The notes beneath the pieces are model-generated. The model was not told the DNA's origin. It did not search any database and worked only from the letters and a program-made list of their open reading frames with translations. Of a stretch of DNA of 64,000 nt, positions 13,993 through 31,021 are shown in pieces. Origin of the DNA: the human T2T-CHM13v2.0 reference genome, Homo sapiens; the NCBI RefSeq assembly GCF_009914755.1, contig NC_060929.1; one strand, 5' to 3'. Every line of letters begins with the position of its first letter. Position 1 is the first letter of the stretch. The translations under genes and the position numbers were made by a program.

Positions 13993-16900
13993 AACCTTCT
14001 CATAAGCAGTGTATGGGCCTGAGGTTGAGGGAAAGAGCTGTGATTCAGTTATATTTGGAAAATGATGAGACTGGGGATACAAGAGAACTGGAACACAATG
14101 GAACACCAGTCTCAAAGAATAAAGGACAGAGCTGAAAGTATGGTTAATAGTAACAGGAGCCAATAGAAAGGCTATAATACCCAGTAAAGGGTTTCTCTTT
14201 TGGTCAGTAACCAAAAATTACAAGAATGAGAGGAAGGGTGGGAATCCATAGCCTTAAATACCCTGCCTTGAGACAAGCAAGAATTGGCAGTCATAGGTTC
14301 AGTCCAAGTAGGGACAGGAATAGGGCATGGAGCCCCATCTGGGGAAGGAATGCCCAGCGGTGGACAGGCAGGGCACATGGACTGATGAATCCTATAGAGA
14401 GCAAAAAGCATAATGGTCTTTCCTATTACAAATCTGAATACAGGGGAGGTATTACGGTACATATACACCAAATAGTACGTATCTATAAAATGTACAGGTA
14501 AGCCAGAAAGGGAGGAAAAATAAATGGTACTCAAGGAGAGGGGTGGTTAAGAAAAGTAACCAACAGTAAGATCAAATTAATTCATCCTGTTTTGTATTTA
14601 TGAGTACAGTTCATTTATCCAGCCTCATCTTCTAATGCAGTGTTTCATAAAAGTATTTTAGATAACTGAAATGCTTATCTCTAGGTGTAATCAAAGATAC
14701 ACCTGCCCAGATACACCTGTATCTGTGATTCTGATTTTTTTTTTACTGTAAAACATTTTTTTAAAGATTTCAATCATCTTATAACTGAACTTTTCTGGAT
14801 GATTCAGGGATACTATTAAGATAACAGTATCATAGCAGTGTCCTCTGGGACTACCCCTATTTATGGCTATGGATCTTTGCCCTGCACTAAAAGTTCCAAA
14901 TTGCAAGGCATTTCTAATGCCAGTGCCTGTTTTTTAACAAATTTCCTGTCTCCTCCCTATCAGTTTGTTAGCTACTGCTCTTCTTACTGTTTGTTACTAG
15001 CATTCCTGTTTCTACAAAATCTCACTCATTCTAATTTGTTTTCCCTAATATGCTATGGGATGGGAAATGAGAAAAACAACAACATTGGAATGTTTAAAAT
15101 AGTGCTAAGTGGGTGGAGATTAAAAACCAGGGGGTTTCCTTCTGGGTGGAGCACAGATGTACTCAAAAGACTTTGGGACATTGTTTTCTCTGCTTGGGGA
15201 TAATTTCTCTGCTTACTCATTTCCAGAAACATTTTAGGTACTGAAACTTCATGATAAATGGCCTCTGGGTTAGCAGACTGTATTTGTATCCATACTACTT
15301 TCTTCAGTACAGTTAGACTAAAATGATTGTTATTAAGGTGTCTCAATTCTCTTTAACAAATTAAACATGAACACAGATTCAGAACAACAGAGGATCTTCA
15401 TTTATTCCATGTCTGCAAAAAACATCTCTAATTGAGAACGAAATGTATAATTTAGTTATTTTAACTGAAGAAAACATTTTCCCAGGGAAAGTGTAGTTAC
15501 ACACCTAAGCTAGTAGACAAATTGATTTAATGCATAATCTGTGTATACATTTGCAATACAATATTGCTAAAAATATCATTACTTAATTTTTAGGTTACGT
15601 AATTTTGATATGAAGGAAAAGATGCCAGAAAAAACTTAGACTAATATTTCCTTCCACTATTTATCTGGATAATATATAGTTTAATTCAATATTTCCTCAA
15701 TGTAGGTTCCTCCAACTATGGCCCTTTCAAACAACAGCTGAACATCAACAAACAAAAATTGTAGACAATGTGAAACTAAAACAATGACTACCCTATAAAA
15801 GCTGTCATGTCAAATATTTACAAATATCTTTCTAGGTAAACATAGAAAAACATTTTCTTCTAGACAATTTTATACAAGATACTCAAATACCATGGATTTT
15901 CTTCCTAGTTAGTTGGGAGTAGGAAAGAAATCCTGGTTATTCTGGCTGGCTTTAGCTACTATAATGAGATTTCATACATTTGATGTTTGAAAAAGCCTAA
16001 TAATTTCTAGACCTTTAAATGCCCCATCATGAAAGAATTGCCCAGAAGAGTGAAAAGTCTCAAATTCTACAAATGAGCATGTAATTTATTAACTTAACCT
16101 GCAATGATTAATAGGGAATAGAAATAAAGGAATTTCCATGATCACAACCAACACATGCCCTTGCCCTAGTTTCCCCAGGTGACCAGTTTTGGTACCACAA
16201 CCCACCTGTGGTACAGGCCCCAACCTTGGCCTCCCATCCTTCCTGCACACCCAGAATCTCTCCTTCTTCATCTTTCTTTCACTCTTTCTGCCCTTCTCAC
16301 TCCTTTCCATCCACAGAGGCACACCCCCATCTAGGCTCTGTGCTGGACCAAGTCCTCAATTTCCCACATTTTACACCCTAGTTCCCTCTCCCCTAACAGT
16401 GTGTCGAGGCAGCAATGTGAATCCCCAGCTCAAAGCACCTCTCACCAGGACCTTTGTCTTTTCAGAACCCTCTAGCAATTTGTTAGTGGAGTCTGGAACC
16501 AAGCTGGAATTCCTGCTTGTGGGCTTCATTAACAGGACCCCTTTGACCCCTCACCCTCACCTCGCACTCTGATTCCTGATAATCTTTCAGCCAAGTACAC
16601 TTTTTTGCTGCTCCCTGCATTCTCTCTGTTACATCCTCATATGGTAAAAATTATAATAGGAATAAATTATGCAGAGACATGGAGGATTTAGCACTTTTCA
16701 TTAAAAATTAACATATATCTTTAAGAGCACAAAAATTATTTCTACTACTGAAATTCTAAGAATAAATGGATTTTCTCTGCTTTATTAATTTAACAAAACA
16801 TATACCTAACAGCTCATTTTTACTTTACTTCAGGTAAAGTATTTATAGCTTTAGAAAAATATATTAACTGTATCATAGTATAGAACCTTATGGAAACATG

Positions 16901-18524
16901 TCACACTGCTGACTTTTATGTATCCAGATCATACTTTTTCCCTGCGCTAAGCCCAAAAATGCATAGGAGAGTTTTAAAAAAATCATTAGGCATAGGTGAA
17001 CACTGCATTTTGAATTTAAACCATGAGAATAAAGAAATAGCAAAGTTATTAAAATATAAAATGACAGATTGTTTACTAATGTATTAATAGTTATCTATAA
17101 GCAATAAGCACAGCTAAATAAGTTACTCGTATTGTTTTAAAACTTTTCTTGTGATATTTATATAATTTGCTACTTAGACTCCGTATCATCCTATTACCCA
17201 AGAATCTCTCACTACTTTTAGTCATAACAAAGTGGTGGTTTTTAAAAATGTTCAGATTGATTGGCTATTTGATGACATTAAGTTATTATTTTTAACTTCT
17301 TAGGCATGATAATGGTATGGCTGTAATTTTTTAAAGTCCTTATTTTTAGAGGTATACTGGAATATTTACAGATGAAATAAGATTAGCCATAATTCTGAGT
17401 GATGAGTATATCAGTTCATTACATCATTCTACTTTTATAAATGTTTAGAAATTTCTATAATAAGAGTTTTTTAAGAAAGAAATAAAATGTTCATGTTGGA
17501 AAGGTTTATATTTTATGTTTAGAGCTTTCAAAAAAAAAGCATACTAGGAGATGGTTCTTGTTCCTCATCTAAATATTTCCCAATTCTTTTCCTAGAGAAA
17601 AACTTTAACAACCTTTTTTAAAAGGCTACAAGAAGCCGCAAAGCAGTTTATCAAAATGTTAGCAATTGTTATTTCTGGTTGGTAAGATTATAAGGGATAT
17701 CTGTTTTCTTTGATGTTATAAGTTTTTTTATTTGTTATTTTCTGTTAGAAGTTCTCTATATTTCTAAAGTCAGCATATATTATTAATATAGTCAAAAAAT
17801 GAGTGAATTTTCTCATTACATGGAAGATTTTTGCATGTCAAGTACAGAAAATCTGTCTATATCATAAATCCCTCTATCTTTTATATTTACCATGAAAAAT
17901 ATTAATGAACACATGAACCCAGTTGTCTATAAATCTACCTGTTTGTGACAGCAGGATGGAAAGAGTGAGTTTCGATTGTCACAGGAGAAAGACATACTAG
18001 AGAAGAAGATAATTCTGGAATGATGAAAAGGCTGGTAAGATTTTGGTCTCATTCTGGCAAGGCAGACATATTGACTCATACAACTGAGTGCTCATAATGG
18101 GCTCTCTAAGGGCAGATGATAAACAGGAGTCAGGTATTTCTGGAAATGTGACATACAATATCTTACATCACTTTCATTTTACATTTGGCTTAGGCAAGGT
18201 TCATGAGTGGCTACTGATATATAGTTATACTTTTGTTTTCTCTTGTTTTTATTTTAGATGGGTAGGGAGATAGAAGAGAGAAAAAGTTTATTCTACCCTT
18301 GAATAGAGGAAACATTTACTGTAATTTTGGCTCTTTGCCTCCTACATCATCTGCTCCTCTTTCTCCTCCCCCTGATCATTTCATTTTGAGAAATCATTGT
18401 CCATTCTCTACGTGAGGCCTGGCTGACAGGTTCTTAAAATCCTTGCTCACAACCACAGCTCAGGGCTCCTGAGACTCAAACAGTATCAGAAACTGTCAGG
18501 TCCTTGGGGTTGGGGACCATGTCT

Positions 18525-19330
18525 CTATTCATTTATTCAACAAATATTTGGCACCTGCTATGTGCCAAGCAGCCTTCTTGACACTAGGGATACAGTGAGA
18601 TCCCTGCTTTCATGGAGTTTACATTCTTGTGGGAAGACATACAAGTAAACAAACAGACAAACATAAATAAGACAAATAGTGGCAAAAGTGATGAAGAAAA
18701 TAAAGCACAACAAAGTAAAGTAATAGTAACTGGGGCAGAGGGCTGCAACAGTAGAAGGGTAGTGAGAAAGAGCTAGGATACTGGGGAGGATGTGGCAGCC
18801 GAGTGGTCCTGAAGGATAACAGCAGAGGAACAGAAACCAGAGCACAAAGACAGTGATGCTGGATGGCACAGACAGCTGGGCATTGATGGTCTTCTAACCT
18901 CAGGTAAGGTACCTGGGTTTTATTCTAGGTACAAGAGGAAACCATCAGAGGCTTTTTCTTTCTTTCTTTCTTTTTTTTTTTTTTTGGTAGTATGACTATT
19001 CATTTTTCAATTTTAAAATTTATAGTAAAATACAAATAACTTAAAATTTACCATCTTAACCATTTTTAAAAGTATATTTCAGTATTAATGAAATACATTC
19101 AGACTGTTGTGCAACCATCACTACCATTCAATTCTAGAACTCTTCATCTTGTGAAACTGAAACTCTCATCAGAGGCTTTTAAGCAAAGCAGTACATGATC
19201 TGTCTTATGTTTTAAAAAATAATTTTTGCTTGGTAGAGAATTGATTATGGGAATACAGCAGGAGTAGAAGTTTACTGAAGTAGATGGTTCAGGATGGATT
19301 TTGTTGACACAGCTGACATGATTGCTGCTA
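18525..19330 (-). mobile_element. L2 fragment with an inserted antisense L1 3' end (~18955-19166)
   Basis: attcatttattcaacaaatattt...ctatgtgccaagc; the insert with T-tail and aaaatttaccatcttaaccattttt is flanked by a catcagaggctttt repeat. Confidence 0.65.
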
Positions 19331-20729
19331 ATTCACATATGGGCAAGAGAAAGAGAAAAAATGAGGAGAAATGACTTCTATATTTCATATGTCCAGTGTC
19401 TAACACATTGCAAATAGCTAATGTTTATTACATAAATGAATGAATACTGATTTAACATTTAAAAAGTAAAAACCTTTCTTCCTAGACAACTAGGACAACA
19501 GAAATGAAACTACTATGGACACAGGAGATTACCTTCTTTCTAGTGTCTGTCTATAATAATCATGTCCTTATAACATGGATAAAGTCTGTACAGTTGGTTC
19601 ATGTTAACCTAATCTGCCTAATTTCAATATTATCATTAAAGGCCAATCCTTTATAATGTATACAGTAAGTTAAATTTTACTAAGCATTTTACATATATTA
19701 TTTCATCCCTTTCTAAATTAATAGCTTTTAAAATTTGAGACTATGGTGCTATAGGCCACCTCCCCAGAGATTACATGTATACACAAATGTGATGTTTTGG
19801 GAGTTTATGGACCTTCTGAAGTCCATCCATAGACCAGCCTCAAGTTTTAAAAGGTTCTTCTCTGTCTAGTGCTAGAGTATTTATTGTATACATCATCAGG
19901 AGAATCTTATTAGCGTAGCCCTGGAGGTTTTAGAGAAATGCTTTCAAAGAGTTTACCTTCATTAACATCCACAATTCGTGAGTTATCAAGAACCAATATT
20001 AATTTTTAAAATATCTTTGCATCTTTAGCAAAACTGTTAAAGTATTATCCATAAAGCGATTCAAGATCCTCTTTATTAGGGCCAATTTGATAAATTCCTT
20101 TTGCACTTTACTTCTAGGACAAAAAGTACCTTATATATTTATGCTTTTAAAGAAGCAAAAAACAAACCATTAGAGTTGTGGTTACTCTTTCAATATAAGC
20201 TCCGGGCTAACTGTTAAAATCTAGTGTTCCATTTATCACAACTGCATTACCTAGATTTTCCCCTTCTATGCTTGGATCTTAATATATTTATTGTAAGCAT
20301 TTCAAGTCTTTCTGGGAAAAAAGTAGAATGTGAATTATATATGATCATATTTAAAATCTGCAATATTACTATTTCATAAGCATATCAGCTGCCTCTCCCA
20401 AACCAGCACTTTTTTTCTGAAGATAAGAAAATAAACTCTAAGGCAACGTGTAGTAAGCAGCAGGATGTATAGTCAGAATCTTTGTATTCCAGGAACCCAG
20501 GTCTGCCAGCCACCACTCAGGTGACCTTGGGGAAAATCACTTAAATTTCTTGGAGCCTCAGAATTTTTGGTCTCTAAAAGTGAATTTAGAGCACACACAA
20601 CAGGCAGTGTTGCAATCAGAATTAAGCAGCAACATATATTTGCCTGTTAATAAGTAGATGGCAACTCCTACTTGCTCTGTGCTCTGTCTACTGATGAAAT
20701 AGTAAAACCTAAGGATTGGGGATTGATAG

Positions 20730-21024
<295 letters not shown>

Positions 21025-21989
21025 GGAATTTTTTTTTTTTTGAGAGTGCAGATCAAAGCAATGTGCACTAACTCTCCATTAACCTTCCCCCTTCCCAATT
21101 CCAAAAATGCCACTTCCATGAGTGAGATACTCAGGCAGTCACCTAATGGGGATAAACTCAAGTGCTAAGGGCAGAGAATAAGAAAAGGAAGAGGGCTGTT
21201 AGATAAAGTCCATGGCTTGGGCTAGGTAATTTAGTCACCTCTGCTAAAATAATACAGTTTTTTCTTTGACACCTTTACTCATAGTTCAGGGTTAGGTTTT
21301 ATAATACATGGGCCTCAGGACTAGGCACAGCATTGCATTGACTTGAGCTTCAGTTTCTGTACTTGTAACATGGGGGAAGCATAATCCTCGCCCTGCCGTA
21401 TTCTACAGTAACCTCTGTAGGAGTAATTAATGTTACTTGTAGACAAAGATGGAGGGGGGCAATCCAAGAGCTTCAAAAATTCAGTGTCAAGTCATATTCA
21501 GAAATAAGGCTAATGATGAAAATATGATTATCAGCTAGAAAAGCAATTGGGCTCTAGTTGGGAGAACTTGTTTCTGGTCCCAAAATACTAAACAGGACTG
21601 CGGTCTTGGCCAAACGAAATGGCCTCGTGTCCTCAACAGTATAAGAGGTCAGCCTGAATGACCTCTCAGGTCCTTTGCAGCTCAAAACACTAATGTTTCT
21701 CTGAAAAATGACCAACATGCCCATGACCCAGCAAAGGCTTCAATTCTCAGATCCTTGGGTGGGACAATGCTGAGAGATGTCCTGTGGGACTGAGCGCCAG
21801 GTGCCCACAGAGGTAGTAGACTCTTCATTAACACTCCCTGTGTTGGCCGCCTCCTTTTCTTGTCTCACTTCCCCACTCCCCAACTTCTGGTACTGTCTAG
21901 GATTATCTCCCAAATAAGTTATTTACACTAAAAAAAGAAAAAAAAATTAAACCTACATTAGAAATTAAATTCAGTTTTAAAGTACTAAG

Positions 21990-22230
21990 TTATGAAGTAG
22001 TAAGCACATGAGCACTGGAGTTCAGACTAAACTAGATTAGTGATTCCCAGTGCTATCACTAATCATGTGACCTTGGGCAAGGTTCTTCACTTCTATTTGC
22101 ACCAGTTTCCTTGCTTATAACATGGGAAGAATACCACCTTCTAGGGCTTCTGTGAGGACTAAATGAGATAAGGCATAAATAGACTTTAGCACAGTGGCTG
22201 GAATATAGCCAGTGCTTAATAATTGCTATT
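21990..22230 (+). mobile_element. MIR
   Basis: tgtgaccttgggcaag...cagtttcc...gtgaggactaaatgagataa. Confidence 0.75.
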
Positions 22231-22485
22231 ATTATAAAATATAATTTTATTTTTCTCATTTTATAAGTTTGGCCTTTTTTCATCAACCTACTAATACTTC
22301 AGAAAAGAATAACTATACTTTTATAATTACTATTTGAATCTAAAATAAGTTACACCTTGACCAATTCAACTTGTCAGCTTAATAACACTAATAAATTTTT
22401 CAAGTTTAATAAACTCTAGCTAATGATATATTTTTGCTTTCAGTTTTTATGTAAGCCATTAAATGCAGGTAGGAAGCAGCTCTAA

Positions 22486-22805
<320 letters not shown>

Positions 22806-22880
22806 GGTTCACATTATTAAAATAAACTTAAATGTTATATAGATGTTATTAATGAAAGCCCAATTTAAAATAAGAAGCAT

Positions 22881-23005
22881 GAGCCAGGCAGAGTAGCTTA
22901 CACCTGTAATCCCAGCTACTTGGGAGGCTGAGATGGGAGGAATGTTTGATGCCAGAAATTTGAGATCAGCTTGGGCAACATGGTGAGATCCTGTCTCTCA
23001 AAAAA
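22881..23005 (+). mobile_element. Alu monomer (FLAM-like)
   Basis: Single diverged monomer; flanking aaaataagaag-atgag repeat. Confidence 0.8.
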
Positions 23006-23269
23006 TGATATAAAATAAGAAGTATGAGTTGATTATATACCATTAGTATGGAATGCTAAGTGAAGGTTCTGACTACTTACTACACTATAGCGTAAACTAT
23101 TACAGTCAGACTAACAGGAGCAGGAATTCTGACTAGTTTTGGTTAGTTGATTTTTAAAAATTTATTTATAGCAAAGAATGAAAAATTTATTTAGATACTA
23201 TAAACACTTACTTTTTAAAAAAATATATAAATAGGCATTAATTCTCCAATTTTCCAAAGTAGTCCCAAG

Positions 23270-23624
<355 letters not shown>

Positions 23625-23780
23625 CTATAAACCATACCTAGAACTTAATCTACAATTTCCAGTTTTAACTTTCTAAGTGAATTAAAAACAAAGCAAAACA
23701 AAATAAAACAACTACACACACTTTTAAGGCAAGCTCAGGATATTTTTCAAGTTTTTACAATTTCTGTTTTTATTTTTGAA

Positions 23781-24072
<292 letters not shown>

Positions 24073-24426
24073 ATCTTTCTGATTTTTTTAGTTTTCCTGA
24101 CCCCTTAGTGACTCACTTTTATGGAACCTTTCCAAAGAATTCAACATTCCTTTCACAATAACAATATTCTTTTTTTGCACTTACGTTTCATAAGTTCACG
24201 CATATCTAAATTATCTATCACAATAACAAATATAACTGGCACTAACATGTTTGCAATAAATACAATAAATTGTTGTTAAGCCAATAACCCAGCAGTTGGA
24301 GAAGGAAGAAGACTACTAGAAGCCACTGTTCATCATGCCTGGGCACCACCCCATGTGCTTATAGGGAAATGAAGAGCATAGGCTCATTGGTCAACTGTTA
24401 GATGTCAACGGTATTGTATTTGAATC

Positions 24427-24503
24427 AGGATGAACCATATGCAAACTGCCAACATCCAACTGTTTATTCACCTACAGAAAGGGCAATTGCATATGTTCAA
24501 CCA
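24427..24503. mobile_element. MADE2-like mariner MITE
   Basis: aggatgaaccatatgcaaactgcc...ggcaattgcatatgttcaacc imperfect palindrome of about 80 bp. Confidence 0.7.
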
Positions 24504-25511
24504 TATATATATATACACATTTTATTTAAAAACACTGACTATATTTTATGTTAAATATCACATCCACTACCATTTTTTTCCTTTAGAAGAATGAATAGTG
24601 GTTCTCACAGCTTGATTTAAAAAATTCCATTCCACATTGGCTCAGGAACTCACCCTAAGCTACTGAATAATTCGTCATTGGACTCTGGATTCCTAGGAAT
24701 GCCATTTCTATCTTCTTTCTTTCTTCAAGTTAAAGTCACACCTGTTAGTCACACACGAAGAAGAGGATGAAGGATGAAGCTATCAGCTGTGCTTTCTAGC
24801 TAACTGAATGATAAGCAGCAAAGGGATTAAAATGTGGGTCAACATTGTTCGTTGGCTGGTTTATTTCTGAGACATAAATCTTTCTGTCCTACAGGATGCA
24901 ACACAGCACTGTCTGCCTGAAGAAGGTACAAAAAGACAGGTAAGACTCTGAGGGGCAGAGAAGCCCCTGAACAGACTTAAAATAAGTCACCCTTAAGTAA
25001 TAAGTGCCCTTTACTTTTGTTCTGCCCTTGTTAGAGCATTTAATTAAAATAAACACACAAACAAATCACAAGCGTGCTATTAGGACAAAACCCAAAAATT
25101 TGGGACAGAAAGAAGGAGAAGAGTTGGGGGATGGGGCTGTATTTAGATTAAGGGCTGCTAGTGAAACTCTCTTTGTCTAGATCTCACGTTTCTACCATTG
25201 ACACTAAAAAATCTAAATTGGGTTTATTTTTATGGTTGCCCTTACGCCCTCACAAAACTATTGTAAGATATCAGAGTCCTAGGGCCTCCTATATTCTCAA
25301 AAATATCAACCCAGAGAGTTAGTATTCAGAGTGGGGAGAGCCTAAACCTTGTAATTACACCTAGGTTTAAATCCTGGCTGCATACTTCTACCAGTGTAGC
25401 CTGAGCACCCTTTCTGCTTTTTTCACCTTTCTGTACCTGTGCATATGATGAGCCAGACTTTGCTGGCTTCAAAGGATTCATTAGAAAATACAAGTAAAGA
25501 GACTCACTGCA

Positions 25512-25830
25512 GGCTGGGTGCAGTGTCTCACGCCTGTAATCCCAGCACTTTGGGAGGCTGAGGCGGGCAGATCACCTGAGGTCGGGAGTCGAGACCAGCC
25601 TGGCCACCACGGTGAAACCCCGTCTCTACTAAAAATACAAAAATTAGCCGGGCAGGCGTGGTAGGGCGGGGGGGTGGGGGGGGGGGGGGGGGGGGGGGGT
25701 GGGGGTGGCGCTTGTCAGGAGGCTGAACCAGGAGAATTGCTTGAACCTGGGAGGCAGAGGTTGCAGTGAGCCAAGATCACAACATTGCACTTCAAACTGG
25801 GTGACACAGTGAGACTCCACCTCAAAAAAA
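25512..25830 (+). mobile_element. Alu containing a poly-G tract
   Basis: Alu dimer whose right-arm start is replaced by a G-tract at 25664-25708. Confidence 0.9.
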
Positions 25831-26026
25831 AGAGAGATTCATTGCAACTATTACTTATGCCTAAAAGATGACAAACCTTTCACCCCATAATTTTCAATAA
25901 GATGTTTTAAATGTAAATGCAGCCTTGAGTATCCTGTAAGGACAGAGGTACAGATGATGCCCATGAAGTTGATTTTCTGTTTCAAAATTCACATGCAAGC
26001 TAAGCATAATCAAGATATCTAATGTA

Positions 26027-26398
<372 letters not shown>

Positions 26399-27107
26399 TC
26401 ATAAAGGTGAAATGGCAAGCGCCAGAGAGATTCAAATCTTAACACATCCTTTTCCTTCTTACAGGCTTCCCAGGATTCCCCACTGACATTATGATAAAAT
26501 CCAAAACCTTTATGGGGTCAAAAAATGCTCTCAGTAAGCCTGGCCTCTGCATGCCTAGGCAACTTCAACTCACACCCTCTTCCTAGTTACTTTAAAGTAT
26601 CTGCATCTCCCTGATCGCACCTGCACTCTCTCCCTAGATTCTATTTCCCACTCCTCGTCCCATTTCTCAGCTGCCCTAACTCGCACTCTTCCTTCTTTCC
26701 TCTCAGAAGGACTTCCTGTCTGCCCGCCTCTGCCTTGCCTCCCCAGGACCTGGTCTGTGTATATCACAGCACAGTTTATCATACTGAACTGTAATTTTGT
26801 AACTTACATTTACTTGTCTATAACTCACATGGACCTGGACTGGCTTTAGCAATCTGCCAGCCCCTTTGCCTGACACAAAGCTAACACTCAAATGTTTGTT
26901 GAGTGTGCAGCTTCTGAAACTCCCCAGTTTTATCTAGGTTTGGCTCTTTTACCCTACATTAGAAAGTCCAAGAAGCAGGGCTGCTGGTGTTCATGGCTTA
27001 AGTAGCTGCTTATCCAGATTGATTAAGATTTGTCTTTAACATGGGGAATTTGTAAGCTATGTGGAAACTTATCTCATTTGAATAATAGTCTGTTTAAAAA
27101 TATTTAT

Positions 27108-27727
<620 letters not shown>

Positions 27728-28082
27728 AATTATGATGGTATGCCAACTTCTATCATTTACAAAAAGAGTGATTTCACTTGCCAATGTAATAATATGTACT
27801 TTTAGAAATCAATTAGGAATAATGGAAATTTCAAATTTTTTCAAAGACCAGTGATATAAAATGCCCAACTGGTATTAGTTTTCAACTTTTTGCAACTGTG
27901 CATGGTCAAAACTGGATGAGTCACTGAAACACATGTAAGACATATTTCTAAAAGTGTGTTTATGGCATGCTTCTTTCCATGCTACGTGATGTATCTTCTT
28001 GAAATTCTGGCTATTCTCAGTTTAACATGCTACCATTTACCATGGCTCCGGAATTCCGTGTTTGGTAAATAGCAACCTTCCA

Positions 28083-28365
28083 GGCCATGTGCAATGGCTC
28101 ACATCTGTAATCCTAGCACTTTGGAAGGCTGAGGCAGGAGAATCATTTCAGCCCAGGAGTTCAAGACCAATGTGGGCAACATAGTGAGACTCTGTCTCTA
28201 TAAAAGATACAAAAAATTAGCCAGGCATGGTGACATGTGTCTGTAGTCTCAGCTACTGGGGACTCTGAAGTGGGAGGATTGCTTGAGTCTGGGGATTGAG
28301 GCTGCGGAAAGCCATGACTGTGCCACTGCACTCCCGCCTGGGTGACAGAGAGAGACCCTGTCTCG
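28083..28365 (+). mobile_element. Alu (J-type)
   Basis: Diverged dimer, tail decayed. Confidence 0.87.
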
Positions 28366-28527
28366 GGGGGAGAAAAGAGCATCCTTCTGTATCTTAAAAC
28401 TGATAAGCACAAGTGGCACATCATGGAGAATAAACAAATCTCAAAAATTAGAAAAAATCCTACTTTCTCAATTTGCCTAGAAATTATTTGCAGATAGGCG
28501 CTTTCTTTTATGCACATTTGAAGACCC

Positions 28528-28972
28528 TATGGCAGGTTGAATTGTGTGCCCCAAAGAGGATATGTTGAAATCCTAACCCCCAATACCTCACAGTGTGCTA
28601 TTATTTGGACATTGAATTTTTGCAGATGTTAAAATGAGGTCATACTGGAGTGGGATGGGCCCTAAATCCAATATGACTGGTGTGTTTATAAGATGGTTAT
28701 GTGAAGACACAGACACAAAGGGAAAATGCATATGAAGACAGAAGCAGAGATTAGAGTGATGCCAGCACAAGGAATATCAGAGATTGCTGCTGTCACCAGA
28801 ACCTAGGAGAAGCATGGAACAAATTCTCCCTCAGAGCTTTCAGAAGGGTTCAACACTGCTGACACCCTAATTTTAGACTTGTAGCCTCCAGAACTGTGAG
28901 ACAATAAATTGCTGTTTTTTCAAGCTACCCAGTTGGTGGTACTTTGTTATGGCAGCCTGAGGAAACTAATAC
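28528..28972 (+). mobile_element. MLT1-type MaLR LTR
   Basis: ggttgaattgtgtgcccc...gaggtcatactggag...agcctccagaactgtgagacaataaa...ggaaactaataca. Confidence 0.85.
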
Positions 28973-29345
28973 AACATTTAATAATACTGTTCATGTTTAA
29001 TTGAATTGCTGTTACTTCCTAGAGAGAGAAGTTAGGTAAAATGCATTGATCCTCTTTTTAAAATCGCTTTTAGAAATCTGACAGCATGTATTGAGAACCA
29101 TAAAAATGACCATACTTGCTGACGAAGTAATTCTACTTCTGGAACAGTATCATTAGGAAATGAGTCCCAACTTGTAAAATGATACAACTGCAAAGATAAG
29201 TATTACTATAACTTAGGTTGTTTATAATTTGTTGCTAATATACTTGTCCAACAATAGAGTTTTAGTTAAGTAAATCACATTATAATTACTAGAATACAAA
29301 CAATATGAGTTCTGAAAATTACATAAGATGAAAAATGCTTACTAG

Positions 29346-29689
<344 letters not shown>

Positions 29690-31021
29690 TGAGAATACTA
29701 AAATTCTATATGGAGTATGATGAAGGAAAATATGCATAGAAAAAAAGAGAGAGACAAAGGCAACCTGGTTAAATATTCATTGTGGTAGAATTATGTTCAG
29801 TGGGTCAGAACTCTCTTCTTGGCTCCCTGATCTTATCCTTTTGGTACCAATTTCCAGTCTTATTTTCTCTCTCCTCAAGCCTCTCCATGCACAGCCAATT
29901 CTTTCTTGGCAATGCCTCTTGGGAACAGTCCAGGCCCACTTCACCTTATACAGGTTTTTGTGAAAAGATTCCTATTTGGCCTGACTGTAGCCTATCTATG
30001 GCCAGAATAACACTGTCGTTCTATTGCTGAATACATCTACTGTGTTAATCTGTCCATTTATGTTTTATGCACTTTTATGTATGTGCTACGTTTTTCAATA
30101 AAAAGGTTTTTTTTTAACTTTATGTGTTTTCATATTTTGTTTTGTCAAGATAAGGATAAATGGTTTTCTGCTGATTTGCTTCATTATACCTCTAAATGTA
30201 ATGTTTCATCAGAACAGCTGGGTACCTGTTTGTGACAATGGAGTGAACACAGGCTTTTCTCCCCTTCATGTACAATGTCTACCAGCTCCTACACGTTTAC
30301 CAATGCAAACTCCGTAACTTCCTGTAAAACCTGGCTTAAAAATTTCCATCATCAAACCTGCCTGATCTGTGCTACCAAAATTTATACTGTATCATATTCT
30401 ACATTTATCAAGCAACTACTAGCTGTAAGGCCTGAAGATTTAATGTCCTAAGCTGTTTGCAATCTTTTTGTGCAAAGCAAACATAAAAGATGATAGCAAA
30501 TAGCAGAGAAGGGCATATGTGTTCAAAGTGGGGAAGAGGGAGAGTGGTGAAGAGAGGATGGGAGTGGGCGAGACTGATAAAGGCTAGAAGACACCATGTA
30601 AAAATTGGATAGAAGATATTTAACGAATGGGAGAGGAATGGCACGGCACCTTGGAGACCAGGATAATGGCAGGACCCTTAATGGAAATGAGCATCTGGAG
30701 CTGTTTTGGGGAAAAGCCGGGCAAGTCCAAGCGGAATATTATAATGTGCACTGACAGACGTTACACTAAAACTGAAGAAGACATGGAAAGCACAGAATCT
30801 TAAGCCAGATAAATACAGGTGATAGATGAAGTAACAAAGTCCCAAAAATCTATTTTTCTTAAAAAAAAAAAAAGCGGGGGCAGGGGGAGGGTGTGGGGAT
30901 CCTAAACTAGTATAAAGACACATAAGAAGGAAAAGAGGGACCTGAGATTGACAGCCTGGTCAACGATGCCTGAAACAGCACGGGACTTCAGAAAATAAGG
31001 ACGAGCAAACGAACTCTAGGT

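Noticed and set aside
19957-20143. Possible decayed coding exon (KGIYQIGPNKEDLESLYG...)
   Set aside because: Stop density is what AT-rich random sequence gives and I recognise no homologue; kept only as a cryptic non-coding exon candidate.
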